A stretch of DNA of 64,000 nucleotides from positions 5,757 through 69,756 of the forward strand of contig DASUYL010000069.1 of assembly GCA_036377395.1 (NCBI GenBank), read 5' to 3'. The stretch comes from Jiangellaceae bacterium (GTDB lineage Bacteria; Actinomycetota; Actinomycetes; Jiangellales; Jiangellaceae). The position numbers were made by a program, and so were the translations under genes. The notes under the pieces were generated by a model. It had not been told where the DNA came from. It ran no database searches and saw nothing but the letters and a program-made list of their open reading frames with translations. This document shows, one piece after another, positions 1 to 8,379 of this stretch. Numbering within the stretch: position 1 is the first letter of the stretch; every line of letters starts with the position of its first letter.

Positions 1-2
1 CG

Positions 3-650
3 GACGTCCTTTCCCGCAGTACCACCATCCGGGACGAGATCGGGTCACCCGAGCACATGCTGCTCGGGGTCGACCGGCTCGACTACACCAAGGGAATCGG
101 ACACCGCCTCAAGGCGTGGGGCGAGCTACTCGCCGACGGCGAGGTGACCCCCGACGAGGCCGTCTTCGTCCAGGTGGCGACGCCCAGCCGCGAGCGGGTC
201 GAGGCCTACCAGACGTTGCGGGACGACATCGAGCTCCAGGTCGGGCGGATCAATGGCGACTACGGCCGCATCGGCACGCCGGCCGTCCAGTACCTTCACT
301 CGTCCTACGACCGGCCCGAGCTGGTCGCCCTCTTGTGCGCCGCGGACGTCATGGTGGTGACGCCGCTACGCGACGGCATGAACCTGGTGGCGAAGGAGTA
401 CGTCGCCGCGCGTTCGGATCTGCGTGGGGCGCTCGTGCTCTCCGAGTTCGCCGGGGCCGCAGACGAACTCGATGGCGCGTTCCTGGTGAACCCGCACGAC
501 ATCGACGGGCTCAAGCGGACGCTGTGCGAGGCGATGCGCCTGCCCGACGACGAGGCCGAGAAGCGGATGCGGCGACTGCGCGAGCACGTCATGTCGCACG
601 ATGTCGCCCGCTGGGCACGGGAGTTCCTGCAGGCCCTCCGCGCAGTCTGA
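3..650 (+). CDS. otsA: trehalose-6-phosphate synthase (GT20 family), C-terminal part; the 5' end lies upstream of the window
   Basis: The frame is open to the window start. The translation [12 protein letters not shown]...[13 protein letters not shown]...[13 protein letters not shown]...SEFAGAA is the conserved C-terminal half of OtsA-type enzymes. Confidence 0.85.
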   Translation, partial: DVLSRSTTIRDEIGSPEHMLLGVDRLDYTKGIGHRLKAWGELLADGEVTPDEAVFVQVATPSRERVEAYQTLRDDIELQVGRINGDYGRIGTPAVQYLHSSYDRPELVALLCAADVMVVTPLRDGMNLVAKEYVAARSDLRGALVLSEFAGAADELDGAFLVNPHDIDGLKRTLCEAMRLPDDEAEKRMRRLREHVMSHDVARWAREFLQALRAV

Positions 651-655
651 GTTGC

Positions 656-928
656 TCAGTCGCTGTCGCCGTCGTCGAACAGGGTCGGCTCGGGGTCGCG
701 GTCGGTGTAGGCGATCCACGCCTGGGTGTCGGCGGCGTCGAAGGCGCGCTCCGCCGTGGTCCCCGCGGGCTCGGCGTCGACGCCGAGACTCTCGACCGCA
801 TGCTCGGCACGGTCGATCTCGAGGCTGGCGAGTTGGACCAGGTCACGCAGGCCCTCGGGGCCGAACCGGTCCCTGATGTTCCTCACGGCGTCGGCCACCA
901 TCGCGTCGACGTCGGCGGTGGGCTCCAT
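656..928 (-). CDS. small acidic hypothetical protein (about 90 aa)
   Basis: An internal ATG at 928 is preceded by GAGGAG. Third-position G/C is high from MEPTADVDAMV onward, and the longer ORF upstream of it looks non-coding. Confidence 0.5.
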   Translation of the reverse strand: MEPTADVDAMVADAVRNIRDRFGPEGLRDLVQLASLEIDRAEHAVESLGVDAEPAGTTAERAFDAADTQAWIAYTDRDPEPTLFDDGDSD

Positions 929-1089
929 GGCGCACTCCTCGGTCTCGTTGCTGCGTTGAGGAAGGCTAGCCGCCGGCGTTGGTCGACGGCACCTCAGGCC
1001 GGAGCCGCCCGAAGCTCGGCGGTGATCACTAAAGCAGCAGGTGTCGGCTAGGGTGAAGTTGAAGTAAACATGAAGTCCGAGGTGTTCCT

Positions 1090-1545
1090 GTGGGCAGTCG
1101 GCTGACGATCGGCGAAGTCGCCGCGCGGAGCGGAGCGTCGACGTCCGCATTGCGTTTCTACGAAGCCAAGGGGTTGCTCTCGTCCGATCGCACCGCGGGT
1201 GGTCACCGCGTCTACCCTCGGTCGACCCTGCGCCGGGTCGCGTTCGTCCGCGCGGCGCAGCGGGTCGGGCTCAGCCTGGAGGAGATCCGCACCGCCCTGG
1301 GTACGCTGCCCAGCGCGCGGACACCGACCACAGCGGACTGGACGCGGCTCTCCCAGACGTGGCGCTCGCGGCTCGACCGCCGAATCGGCGAGTTGACCCG
1401 GCTGCGCGACGAGCTCGACCAGTGCATCGGGTGCGGCTGCCTGTCGCTGCAGACCTGCAACCTGTACAACCCCGGTGACCGCGCCGCCGTCATGGGCGCC
1501 GGCCCGCGTTACCTGTGGGGCGATTCGCGCCCTGACCCGACGTGA
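1090..1545 (+). CDS. soxR: redox-sensitive MerR-family transcriptional activator SoxR
   Basis: N-terminal MerR HTH (LTIGEVAARSGASTSALRFYE) plus the C-terminal CIGCGCLSLQTC motif, which is the CX2CXCX5C 2Fe-2S ligand pattern. GTG start with GAGGTG upstream. Confidence 0.9.
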   Translation: MGSRLTIGEVAARSGASTSALRFYEAKGLLSSDRTAGGHRVYPRSTLRRVAFVRAAQRVGLSLEEIRTALGTLPSARTPTTADWTRLSQTWRSRLDRRIGELTRLRDELDQCIGCGCLSLQTCNLYNPGDRAAVMGAGPRYLWGDSRPDPT

Positions 1546-1575
1546 CGCGCATCGATCCGCGGTTAGGCTCGTGGC

Positions 1576-2394
1576 ATGCGAGGGCGCATTCGACGAATCG
1601 TCGGATGCGCCGCGGTCGCCGGTCTCCTGTTCGGCTGCGCAGGTGAACGGGCCAGCACGGAGCCGTCCGCGCAGTTGAGCGCGACAGTGATCCAGTCCAA
1701 CCTGGACCTGTCCAGAGGAACCATCCGGGTTCAGGTGACCAACGCCGGTGATGCGCCGGTCAGGGTCGACGACCTCACCTTGGCGGCGCCACCGTTCCCC
1801 GAGAGGACCAGCCGGGACCGGGCCGTCATCCAGCCCGGACGACGCATCAACTTCCGGGTCCGCTACGGCGAGCCGACCTGCTCCGGGCAGACGCCGACCT
1901 TGGGGCCCGCCTCGGCTCGGCTCGTCGCCGACGGACGCGATGCCCGGATCAGCGTGGAGGACTCCTCGAACGTGCTCCGGCGCCTGCTGGGCCTCGGCTG
2001 TGGCCGCCAACGGTTGGCCGACGTCGTCGAGATCGACCTGGGCCAGACGTGGACGCCCGCACCCGGCGGGCAGGCACTGATGGGCAGCATCGAGCTTCGG
2101 CGAGTGAGCGCCGGCCCGGTGGTGGCCCTCGAGAAGGTGGCTGGCAGCGTCGCCTACACCTTGCAGCCGATCGATGACACCGAGCCGGTCGCGACGCTGG
2201 AACCCGACCAGGCAGCGCTGTCGATTCCGGTGCGGGCGGTCGCCCTCCGTTGCGATCCGCATGCCCGCGCCGAGGGCAAGAAGAACTACGTCTTCCCCCT
2301 CTGGTTCAGCCTCGACGGCGGACCCCAGATCCACGTCGAGGTGAAAGGGGACGTGGGCATCCAGAGCGCCTTCGACACATTGTGCGGACCCTGA
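1576..2394 (+). CDS. putative lipoprotein, function unknown
   Basis: Signal peptide with lipobox (AVAGLLFGC) and coding-like codon bias. Confidence 0.6.
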   Translation: MRGRIRRIVGCAAVAGLLFGCAGERASTEPSAQLSATVIQSNLDLSRGTIRVQVTNAGDAPVRVDDLTLAAPPFPERTSRDRAVIQPGRRINFRVRYGEPTCSGQTPTLGPASARLVADGRDARISVEDSSNVLRRLLGLGCGRQRLADVVEIDLGQTWTPAPGGQALMGSIELRRVSAGPVVALEKVAGSVAYTLQPIDDTEPVATLEPDQAALSIPVRAVALRCDPHARAEGKKNYVFPLWFSLDGGPQIHVEVKGDVGIQSAFDTLCGP

Positions 2395-2454
2395 CCGCAC
2401 CCGGCGGAGCGTGGTGGGCACCAACCAGGTCCGGAAGCCGACCGGCGTGGAACC

Positions 2455-3102
2455 GTGACACAGGTCCGGGTCGTGCACAAGGATGACCCCCGTGATCCGG
2501 CCGCTGCTCGCCGTCCCGGGCCGGGTGGCCCGGCGGCCGAGTGGCCCGTGGTGACGGTCGTGCTCCCGCGCCGGTTCGCTCTCGTCCGGCACGTCGATTA
2601 CACCGGTGTCTCCGGTGTCGGTGTCGTCGCCTTCGGAATGGTGTTCTCCGACGGCCACGTCGTCCTGCGGTGGTGCTCCAGCCATCCGGCCACCAGCACG
2701 TGGGGTTCGCTGGAGGACATGCTCGCCATCCACGGGCAGGGTGAGGCAACGAGTATCCAGTGGATCGACGCACCGGCACCTGAGCTGGAGGAGGTGCCGG
2801 GTGCCTCGCGGGTGGGACGACGCGCGCGGCGTCGGGCGGAACGCGACGCCGCCGCTGACGCCGAGCCGTCGGCCGACGACCCCGGCGTCGAGGCCGGGCG
2901 CGTGGGTCCCGCCGCCGAAACCGGTGCGGGCAGGGGGTTGGCGACCAACGGGCACGCGAGACGTCGCGATCCCGCGGTGGGAACGCCCGGGCCGACTGGC
3001 GGAGACACCGACGACGACGGGCCTGACACCATGCCGAACCTGGACCGGTCACGGGTTCCCGGGCGGCACCGGCGCTCGGACCAGGTCGAGCCCCGGCGCT
3101 GA
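2455..3102 (+). CDS. hypothetical protein with an Arg/Asp/Pro-rich C-terminal tail
   Basis: GTG-initiated ORF with coding-like bias. I recognised no family. Confidence 0.4.
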   Translation: MTQVRVVHKDDPRDPAAARRPGPGGPAAEWPVVTVVLPRRFALVRHVDYTGVSGVGVVAFGMVFSDGHVVLRWCSSHPATSTWGSLEDMLAIHGQGEATSIQWIDAPAPELEEVPGASRVGRRARRRAERDAAADAEPSADDPGVEAGRVGPAAETGAGRGLATNGHARRRDPAVGTPGPTGGDTDDDGPDTMPNLDRSRVPGRHRRSDQVEPRR

Positions 3103-3115
3103 CCGGCGCACGACG

Positions 3116-3481
3116 ATGACCGGAGACGGACGATGGCCCCGCCAGGTCTACGAGGTCGGAGACGAGCCTGATCCCCGGTTCAGCTTGGCCAACGAGCGGA
3201 CGTTCCTGGCGTGGATCAGGACCGGCCTGGCCCTGCTGGCTGTAGGAGTGGCACTCGAGGGACTCACGGTGCCCGCGTCCGATGGCGCCCGGCACGCCCT
3301 CGTCGTCACGGTCGTCGTTCTCGGTGTCGTGTCCGGCGCGGGTGCCTACTTCCGGTGGGCCCGCGCCGAGCGGGCCCTGCGCCAGTCGCGCCCGCTGCCC
3401 TCGCCCACGCTGGCGCCACTGCTCGGCTTCGGGCTGATCGTGGTCGGCGTCGTGATCGTGATCGCGGTCCTCGCCGGATGA
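3116..3481 (+). CDS. DUF202 (YidH-like) membrane protein
   Basis: The LANERTFLAWIRTGLAL motif followed by hydrophobic segments. ATG at 3116. Confidence 0.75.
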   Translation: MTGDGRWPRQVYEVGDEPDPRFSLANERTFLAWIRTGLALLAVGVALEGLTVPASDGARHALVVTVVVLGVVSGAGAYFRWARAERALRQSRPLPSPTLAPLLGFGLIVVGVVIVIAVLAG

Positions 3482-3822
3482 CGCCCTCCTCGACCGGCTC
3501 CGGCGTCCCGCCCAGTGCCGACGGCGTGGCGAACGATCGAACGGCGCTGGCCTGGACGCGCACTGCGCTGGCACTGCTGGGTGCCGCGCTGCTGGCGACA
3601 CGGGCGGTCGCGGACCGGTTCGGGCTGCTCGCGGCGGCCTTCGCCGTGGTCGCCCTCCCCATGGCCGTGGTCGTCCTCGTGGGCGCGGGGCGACGCTACC
3701 GTACGGCCCGCGCCGCCGAACGGACGAAGGCAGAGCCGCCCGACGGGCGGCTGCCCGCGGGCGTGACCGTCCTACTGGTCGCTCTCGCCGTGACCGAGCT
3801 GGGCTGGGTCTTCTCCGGCTGA
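3478..3822 (+). CDS. DUF202 (YidH-like) membrane protein, second copy
   Basis: ANDRTALAWTRTALALL motif. ATGA start/stop overlap with the preceding DUF202 gene. Confidence 0.7.
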   Translation: MTPSSTGSGVPPSADGVANDRTALAWTRTALALLGAALLATRAVADRFGLLAAAFAVVALPMAVVVLVGAGRRYRTARAAERTKAEPPDGRLPAGVTVLLVALAVTELGWVFSG

Positions 3823-3858
3823 CCACACGGGATCGAGGCTGCCACGATTCCGTCACGG

Positions 3859-5124
3859 CTATCCGATGGCGTGCTGGATCGCGGCGTCCGCCGCGGCCGC
3901 CGCCTCCTCGGCCGTGATCTCCCCGCGCATGAGCCGCTGCGCCTGCTCAGGCAAGACAAGACCACCCTCGACCGCACCCCACCAGCCGGCCGGTGGGTAG
4001 GACCGTGAGTGCTCGACAAGCTGCCGGCGCAAGACGCCGTCGAGGTCGTCGCCGATGGATGCCTCGACACCGGCCACCGTCCCGGGCAGGAAGCCGATCT
4101 TCCCGGTGAACATGGCGACCTGCCCGGGCGCGATCATGTGTCGGGCGAAGGCGTGGGCCAGCTCCTGCTGGTCGGACTCCTGGAACACCACCAAGTGGCT
4201 GCCGCCCGCGACGGCATCCTGGCTGCCCGCCGGGCCGGCCGGCATCAGCGCGATGCCGAGCTTGCCCTCGAGGTCCGGGTTGGCCGACAGAACCGCCGAG
4301 AGGTCCGAGCCACCACCGATCATCATGGCGGACTGGCCGCTGGTGAAGGCCGCCCGGGCATCGTCGGCGTCCCACTGGACTGCGTCCACGGGCGACCAAC
4401 CCTTTTTCCACAGCGTCTCGAAGAAGCTGAAGGCCTCGCGTCCCGCGGCACTGTCGACGCCCGCCTGCCAGGTGTCGCCCTGCTGGGTGGCGATCTCGCC
4501 GCCTGCCCCCCACACCAGCGAGGCCATCATCGGGACATGGCCGCCGACGATGTGCATCGGGGCGATGTTCGGGACGGTCGCGGCGATCGCGTCGCCGACC
4601 GAGCGGATCTCGTCCCAGGTGGCCGGCGGCTCGACGCCGGCCTGATCGAACACGTCGGTCCGGTAGATCAGCGCCGTCACATCCGCGTACCACGGATAGC
4701 CGTAGGTGGTGCCGGCGACCGTTCCGGACTCCACCAGCGCGTCGACGTACTCGAAACCCTCCGCTTCCTGGACCGGAGCGAGTGCACCCTGCTCACCGAA
4801 CCCGGGCGTCCAGGTCGTGCCCATCTCGGCAAGGTCGGGGACCAGGCCTGCGGCGATCCCGATCGCGAACCGGTCGTGCGTGTCGGCCGGCGGCACGTAG
4901 TCGATGTCGATCGTGACACCCTCGTGCGCGCCCTCGAAGGCCGCAGCCGTGGCGTCGATCGTCTCCCGGATCTCGGGATTGCCCGGATCCATGATCCAGA
5001 CGGTGAGGTCGCCGCTCAGTTCGGCGGCGTCGTCGGCCGCGGCGCTGCTCTCGTCGTCACCGGTGCAGGCGGCCAGGACGAGAGCCAGCGCCGCGACACT
5101 CACCCTCGTGGTCGTCGGACTCAA
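3859..5124 (-). CDS. ABC transporter sugar-binding lipoprotein (solute-binding family 1); no adjacent permease or ATPase genes
   Basis: Lipobox (LVLAAC) followed by Asp/Ser-rich linker. The length and sequence are typical of carbohydrate SBPs. Confidence 0.8.
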   Translation of the reverse strand: MSPTTTRVSVAALALVLAACTGDDESSAAADDAAELSGDLTVWIMDPGNPEIRETIDATAAAFEGAHEGVTIDIDYVPPADTHDRFAIGIAAGLVPDLAEMGTTWTPGFGEQGALAPVQEAEGFEYVDALVESGTVAGTTYGYPWYADVTALIYRTDVFDQAGVEPPATWDEIRSVGDAIAATVPNIAPMHIVGGHVPMMASLVWGAGGEIATQQGDTWQAGVDSAAGREAFSFFETLWKKGWSPVDAVQWDADDARAAFTSGQSAMMIGGGSDLSAVLSANPDLEGKLGIALMPAGPAGSQDAVAGGSHLVVFQESDQQELAHAFARHMIAPGQVAMFTGKIGFLPGTVAGVEASIGDDLDGVLRRQLVEHSRSYPPAGWWGAVEGGLVLPEQAQRLMRGEITAEEAAAAADAAIQHAIG

Positions 5125-5155
5125 CCGTCACGCCTCCTCGGCCCGGGTCAGGCAG

Positions 5156-5827
5156 TCAGGCGTTCGTGTCCGCGGCGCGGCGCTGCCGACGCTTGCGCAC
5201 GACCCACCAGCCGAGGACCAGGGCGATCGCGGCGACGACGACGTAGTCGATGTAGGCCAGGTACTCCTCGACCCGTTCGTACTGGGTGCCGAGGGCATAG
5301 CCGGCTCCCACCAGCGCGCTGTTCCACAGCAGGCTACCGAGCATCGTCAGCACCACGAACGGGACCAGCGGCATCCGCTGCGCGCCCGCCGGCAGCGATA
5401 CCAGGCTGCGCACGATCGGAACGAACCGCCCGAAGAAGACGACCCCGTGACCGTGACGCTGGAACCAGGAAGATGCCTGGTCGAAGTCTGACTCGTCGAC
5501 GAGCGGCAGCCGGGTCAACCACCGGCGGGCGCGCTGTTCGCCGAACGCTGCGCCCAACCCGTAGATCACCAGTGCACCCAGGACAGCCCCGAGGGTGGCC
5601 GCCACGACCACCCAGACGACGTTCATCCGGCCCCGCTCGGCCAGGTAGCCGGCCAGGGAAAGGATGGGTTCGCTCGGTATCGGCGGGAAGACGGATTCGA
5701 CGAGCGTGAGCAGCCCGACGCCGACCTCGCCCACCGCCACCATCATGTCGGCGGCCAGGCCGGTCAGCCCGGTCAGGCCGTCCACCGTCTCGGCGGGCGG
5801 CACGGAGCCGGTCGACAGCGCGAGCAT
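5156..5827 (-). CDS. DedA family membrane protein
   Basis: VESVFPPIPSE...FFGRFVPIVRSLVSLPAG are DedA/SNARE-associated signature stretches. The start was chosen at the internal ATG at 5827. Confidence 0.85.
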   Translation of the reverse strand: MLALSTGSVPPAETVDGLTGLTGLAADMMVAVGEVGVGLLTLVESVFPPIPSEPILSLAGYLAERGRMNVVWVVVAATLGAVLGALVIYGLGAAFGEQRARRWLTRLPLVDESDFDQASSWFQRHGHGVVFFGRFVPIVRSLVSLPAGAQRMPLVPFVVLTMLGSLLWNSALVGAGYALGTQYERVEEYLAYIDYVVVAAIALVLGWWVVRKRRQRRAADTNA

Positions 5828-5985
5828 GAACCAGCGTGTCCTCGTCGTCGCGGATCTGAGGGTCGCAGCCTGTCCGTTCGGTGGTCTCGGGCTGCGGGGG
5901 ACCGGACGATTGTAGGTGCGCCGCAACGGCCCTCGTACACTGACGCGCGCCCGCGACCGTGGACGACGGCCGCAACGGAGGCTCA

Positions 5986-8310
5986 GTGTCCCGCTCTACC
6001 CTGATCCGCGCGCTGCTGGCGCTGGCGGTTCTTGCCATGTCGTCCTACGTCGTACTCACCGCGTCCCCACGACTCGGTCTCGATCTCCGCGGAGGCACTC
6101 AGATCGTCCTCGAGACAAGGGACTCCCCCACCGTGCAGGCGGATGCCGAGTCGACCGACCGTGCCCTCGAGGTGCTGCGCCGTCGAGTCGACGCCCTGGG
6201 AGTCGCAGAGCCGACGCTGGCCCGATCGGGTGAACAGCGCATCATCGTCGAACTGCCCGGCGTCCTGGACCCGCGCGAGGCGGCCGAGGTCATCGGGCGG
6301 ACGGCACAGCTGACGTTCCACCCGATCCTCGGCGTCGCCGATGAACCCGCTGCCGCCCCGTCGCCAACTTCGGCAACACCGGCGCCGGCTCCCGACGCGG
6401 AGGTCGTGCTCCCGGACGAGTCGGGGCAGTCGCTGCGGCTGGGACCGGCCGCACTCACCGGCGACGGCGTGGCCGGTGCCGATGCCGCCATCGACCCGCA
6501 GACAGGCTCCGGCTGGTTCGTGACCGTCGACTTCGCCGGTGCCGGCGAGCAGGCCTGGGCGGAGCTCACCGGCCAGGCGGCGTGCTCGCCGCCTGGCGAT
6601 CCGATGCGGCGAATCGCGATCGTGCTCGACGAGGAGGTCATCTCCTCGCCCCAGGTCGACCCCGGCGTTTCCTGCGACATCGGCATCGCCGGCGGGGAAA
6701 CGCAGATCACCGGCACGTTCACCCAGGAGGAGGCCACCGACCTCGCGGTCCTCATCGAAGGCGGCGCCCTTCCGGTGCCGGTCGACGTCGTGGAGCAGCG
6801 CACGGTCGGCCCGACCCTCGGCGCCGAGGCCATCGATGCGAGTGCGCGAGCGGCGATCATCGGGGTTGCCTTGACCGCGTTGTTCATCGTCGCCGCGTAC
6901 CGACTGATGGGCCTGGTGGCGACCATCGGACTCGCCTGCTACGCGCTGATCTCGTTCGCCACGCTGACCGCCATCGGCGCGACCCTCACGTTGCCCGGCC
7001 TGGCGGGATTCGTCCTGGCCGTCGGTATGGCCGTCGACGCCAACGTGCTGGTCTTCGAACGTGCCCGCGAGGACTACGTCGAGGGCAAGACGAAGAGCAT
7101 CCGCAAGGCAGTACAGAGCGGCTTCCGCCATGCGCTGTCGGCCATCGCCGACTCCAACGTCACCACCCTGCTCGCTGCCGTGCTGCTCTTCTTCCTCGCT
7201 GCCGGCCCGGTCCGGGGGTTCGGCGTCACGCTGACCATCGGCGTGCTGGCCTCGCTGTTCTCGGCGCTGGTCGTCACCCGGGCACTCGCGGAGTGGATCG
7301 CAGCGCGAGAATGGGTGCGCCGCCGACCGGAGGTCACCGGGATCGCCCGGCACGGGCGGGTCCGCACCTGGCTGAACGAGAAGGGCCCGGACCTGATGCG
7401 ATACAGCCGGCGTTGGCTGCTGGTCTCCGCGGTGGCGGTCGTCATCAGCATCGCCGGCATCGCACTGCGCGGCCTCGACTTCGGCGTCGAGTTCACCGGT
7501 GGACGGCTGGTCGAGGTCTCGACGACCCAGCCCGTCGACGTCGAGCGGGCCCGGGCGGTCGTGGCCGAGGCCGGGTTCCCCACTGCCGTCGTCCACGAAT
7601 CCGGAGACGACGACATCACCGTCCGTACCAGCGAGCTCAGCGACGACGAGGCGGCCCGCATCCGTGCGGCCCTCGGCGGCGCCGGCGGGGGAGCCGAGGT
7701 CGTCCGCGACGAGTTGATCGGGCCCAGCCTGGGTGACGAGCTGCGCCGGAACGCACTGATCGCCCTCGCCGTGGCGCTCGCCGCGCAGCTGGCCTATCTG
7801 GCGATCCGCTTCCGGTGGACGTTCGGCGCCGGCGCCGTCGTGGCCCTGTTCCACAACGTCGTCATCGTCCTGGGCATCTTCGCCTGGGTGGGCAAGCCGA
7901 TCGACGGGATCTTCCTCGCGGCACTGCTGACCATCATCGGCTACACGGTGAACGACTCCGTCGTCGTCTTCGACCGGATCCGCGAGAAGTGGACGGAGTC
8001 GCCCGGCTCGCCGTTTCCCACGGTGGCGAACGCGGCGGTCCTGGCAACGCTGCCCCGCACCGTCAACACCGGGATCAGCACACTGTTCATCCTGGCCGCC
8101 CTACTGGTGCTGGGCGGCGACTCGTTGTCCGACTTCGCGCTCGCACTGCTGCTGGGAATCCTGGTCGGCACGTACTCCTCCAACTTCACGGCGACGCCGC
8201 TGGCGATCGAGCTCCAGGCCCGCTCCCCCGGGTCTGCACCGCGGCCCCGATCCGAACGACACTCCGACGACCGGGGACGGCAGGAGCCGAACTACGGCGC
8301 GGTGGTGTGA
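5986..8310 (+). CDS. secDF: fused protein-export membrane protein SecDF
   Basis: A SecD-like N-terminal part (LGLDLRGGTQIVLE, periplasmic domain, six TM segments) is followed by a SecF-like part (GLDFGVEFTGGRLVEV, second TM bundle) in one ORF. GGAGG lies 5 nt before the GTG at 5986, and an alternative GTG is at 5959. Confidence 0.9.
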   Translation: MSRSTLIRALLALAVLAMSSYVVLTASPRLGLDLRGGTQIVLETRDSPTVQADAESTDRALEVLRRRVDALGVAEPTLARSGEQRIIVELPGVLDPREAAEVIGRTAQLTFHPILGVADEPAAAPSPTSATPAPAPDAEVVLPDESGQSLRLGPAALTGDGVAGADAAIDPQTGSGWFVTVDFAGAGEQAWAELTGQAACSPPGDPMRRIAIVLDEEVISSPQVDPGVSCDIGIAGGETQITGTFTQEEATDLAVLIEGGALPVPVDVVEQRTVGPTLGAEAIDASARAAIIGVALTALFIVAAYRLMGLVATIGLACYALISFATLTAIGATLTLPGLAGFVLAVGMAVDANVLVFERAREDYVEGKTKSIRKAVQSGFRHALSAIADSNVTTLLAAVLLFFLAAGPVRGFGVTLTIGVLASLFSALVVTRALAEWIAAREWVRRRPEVTGIARHGRVRTWLNEKGPDLMRYSRRWLLVSAVAVVISIAGIALRGLDFGVEFTGGRLVEVSTTQPVDVERARAVVAEAGFPTAVVHESGDDDITVRTSELSDDEAARIRAALGGAGGGAEVVRDELIGPSLGDELRRNALIALAVALAAQLAYLAIRFRWTFGAGAVVALFHNVVIVLGIFAWVGKPIDGIFLAALLTIIGYTVNDSVVVFDRIREKWTESPGSPFPTVANAAVLATLPRTVNTGISTLFILAALLVLGGDSLSDFALALLLGILVGTYSSNFTATPLAIELQARSPGSAPRPRSERHSDDRGRQEPNYGAVV

Positions 8311-8379
8311 CCACGCCATTGGGTACCATGAGGCCCTTCCCAGGCTCGACGAACGCCACGCCGACCGGCAGGTACTGAC

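Noticed and set aside
1048-3856. Long minus-strand ORFs (1048..2955, 635 aa; 2306..3856, 516 aa) overlapping soxR, the lipoprotein gene and the DUF202 genes
   Set aside because: The translations are Arg/Pro/Gly/Ala-rich low-complexity strings with no motifs. They run antisense to ORFs with clear family signatures. These are typical shadow ORFs of G+C-rich DNA.
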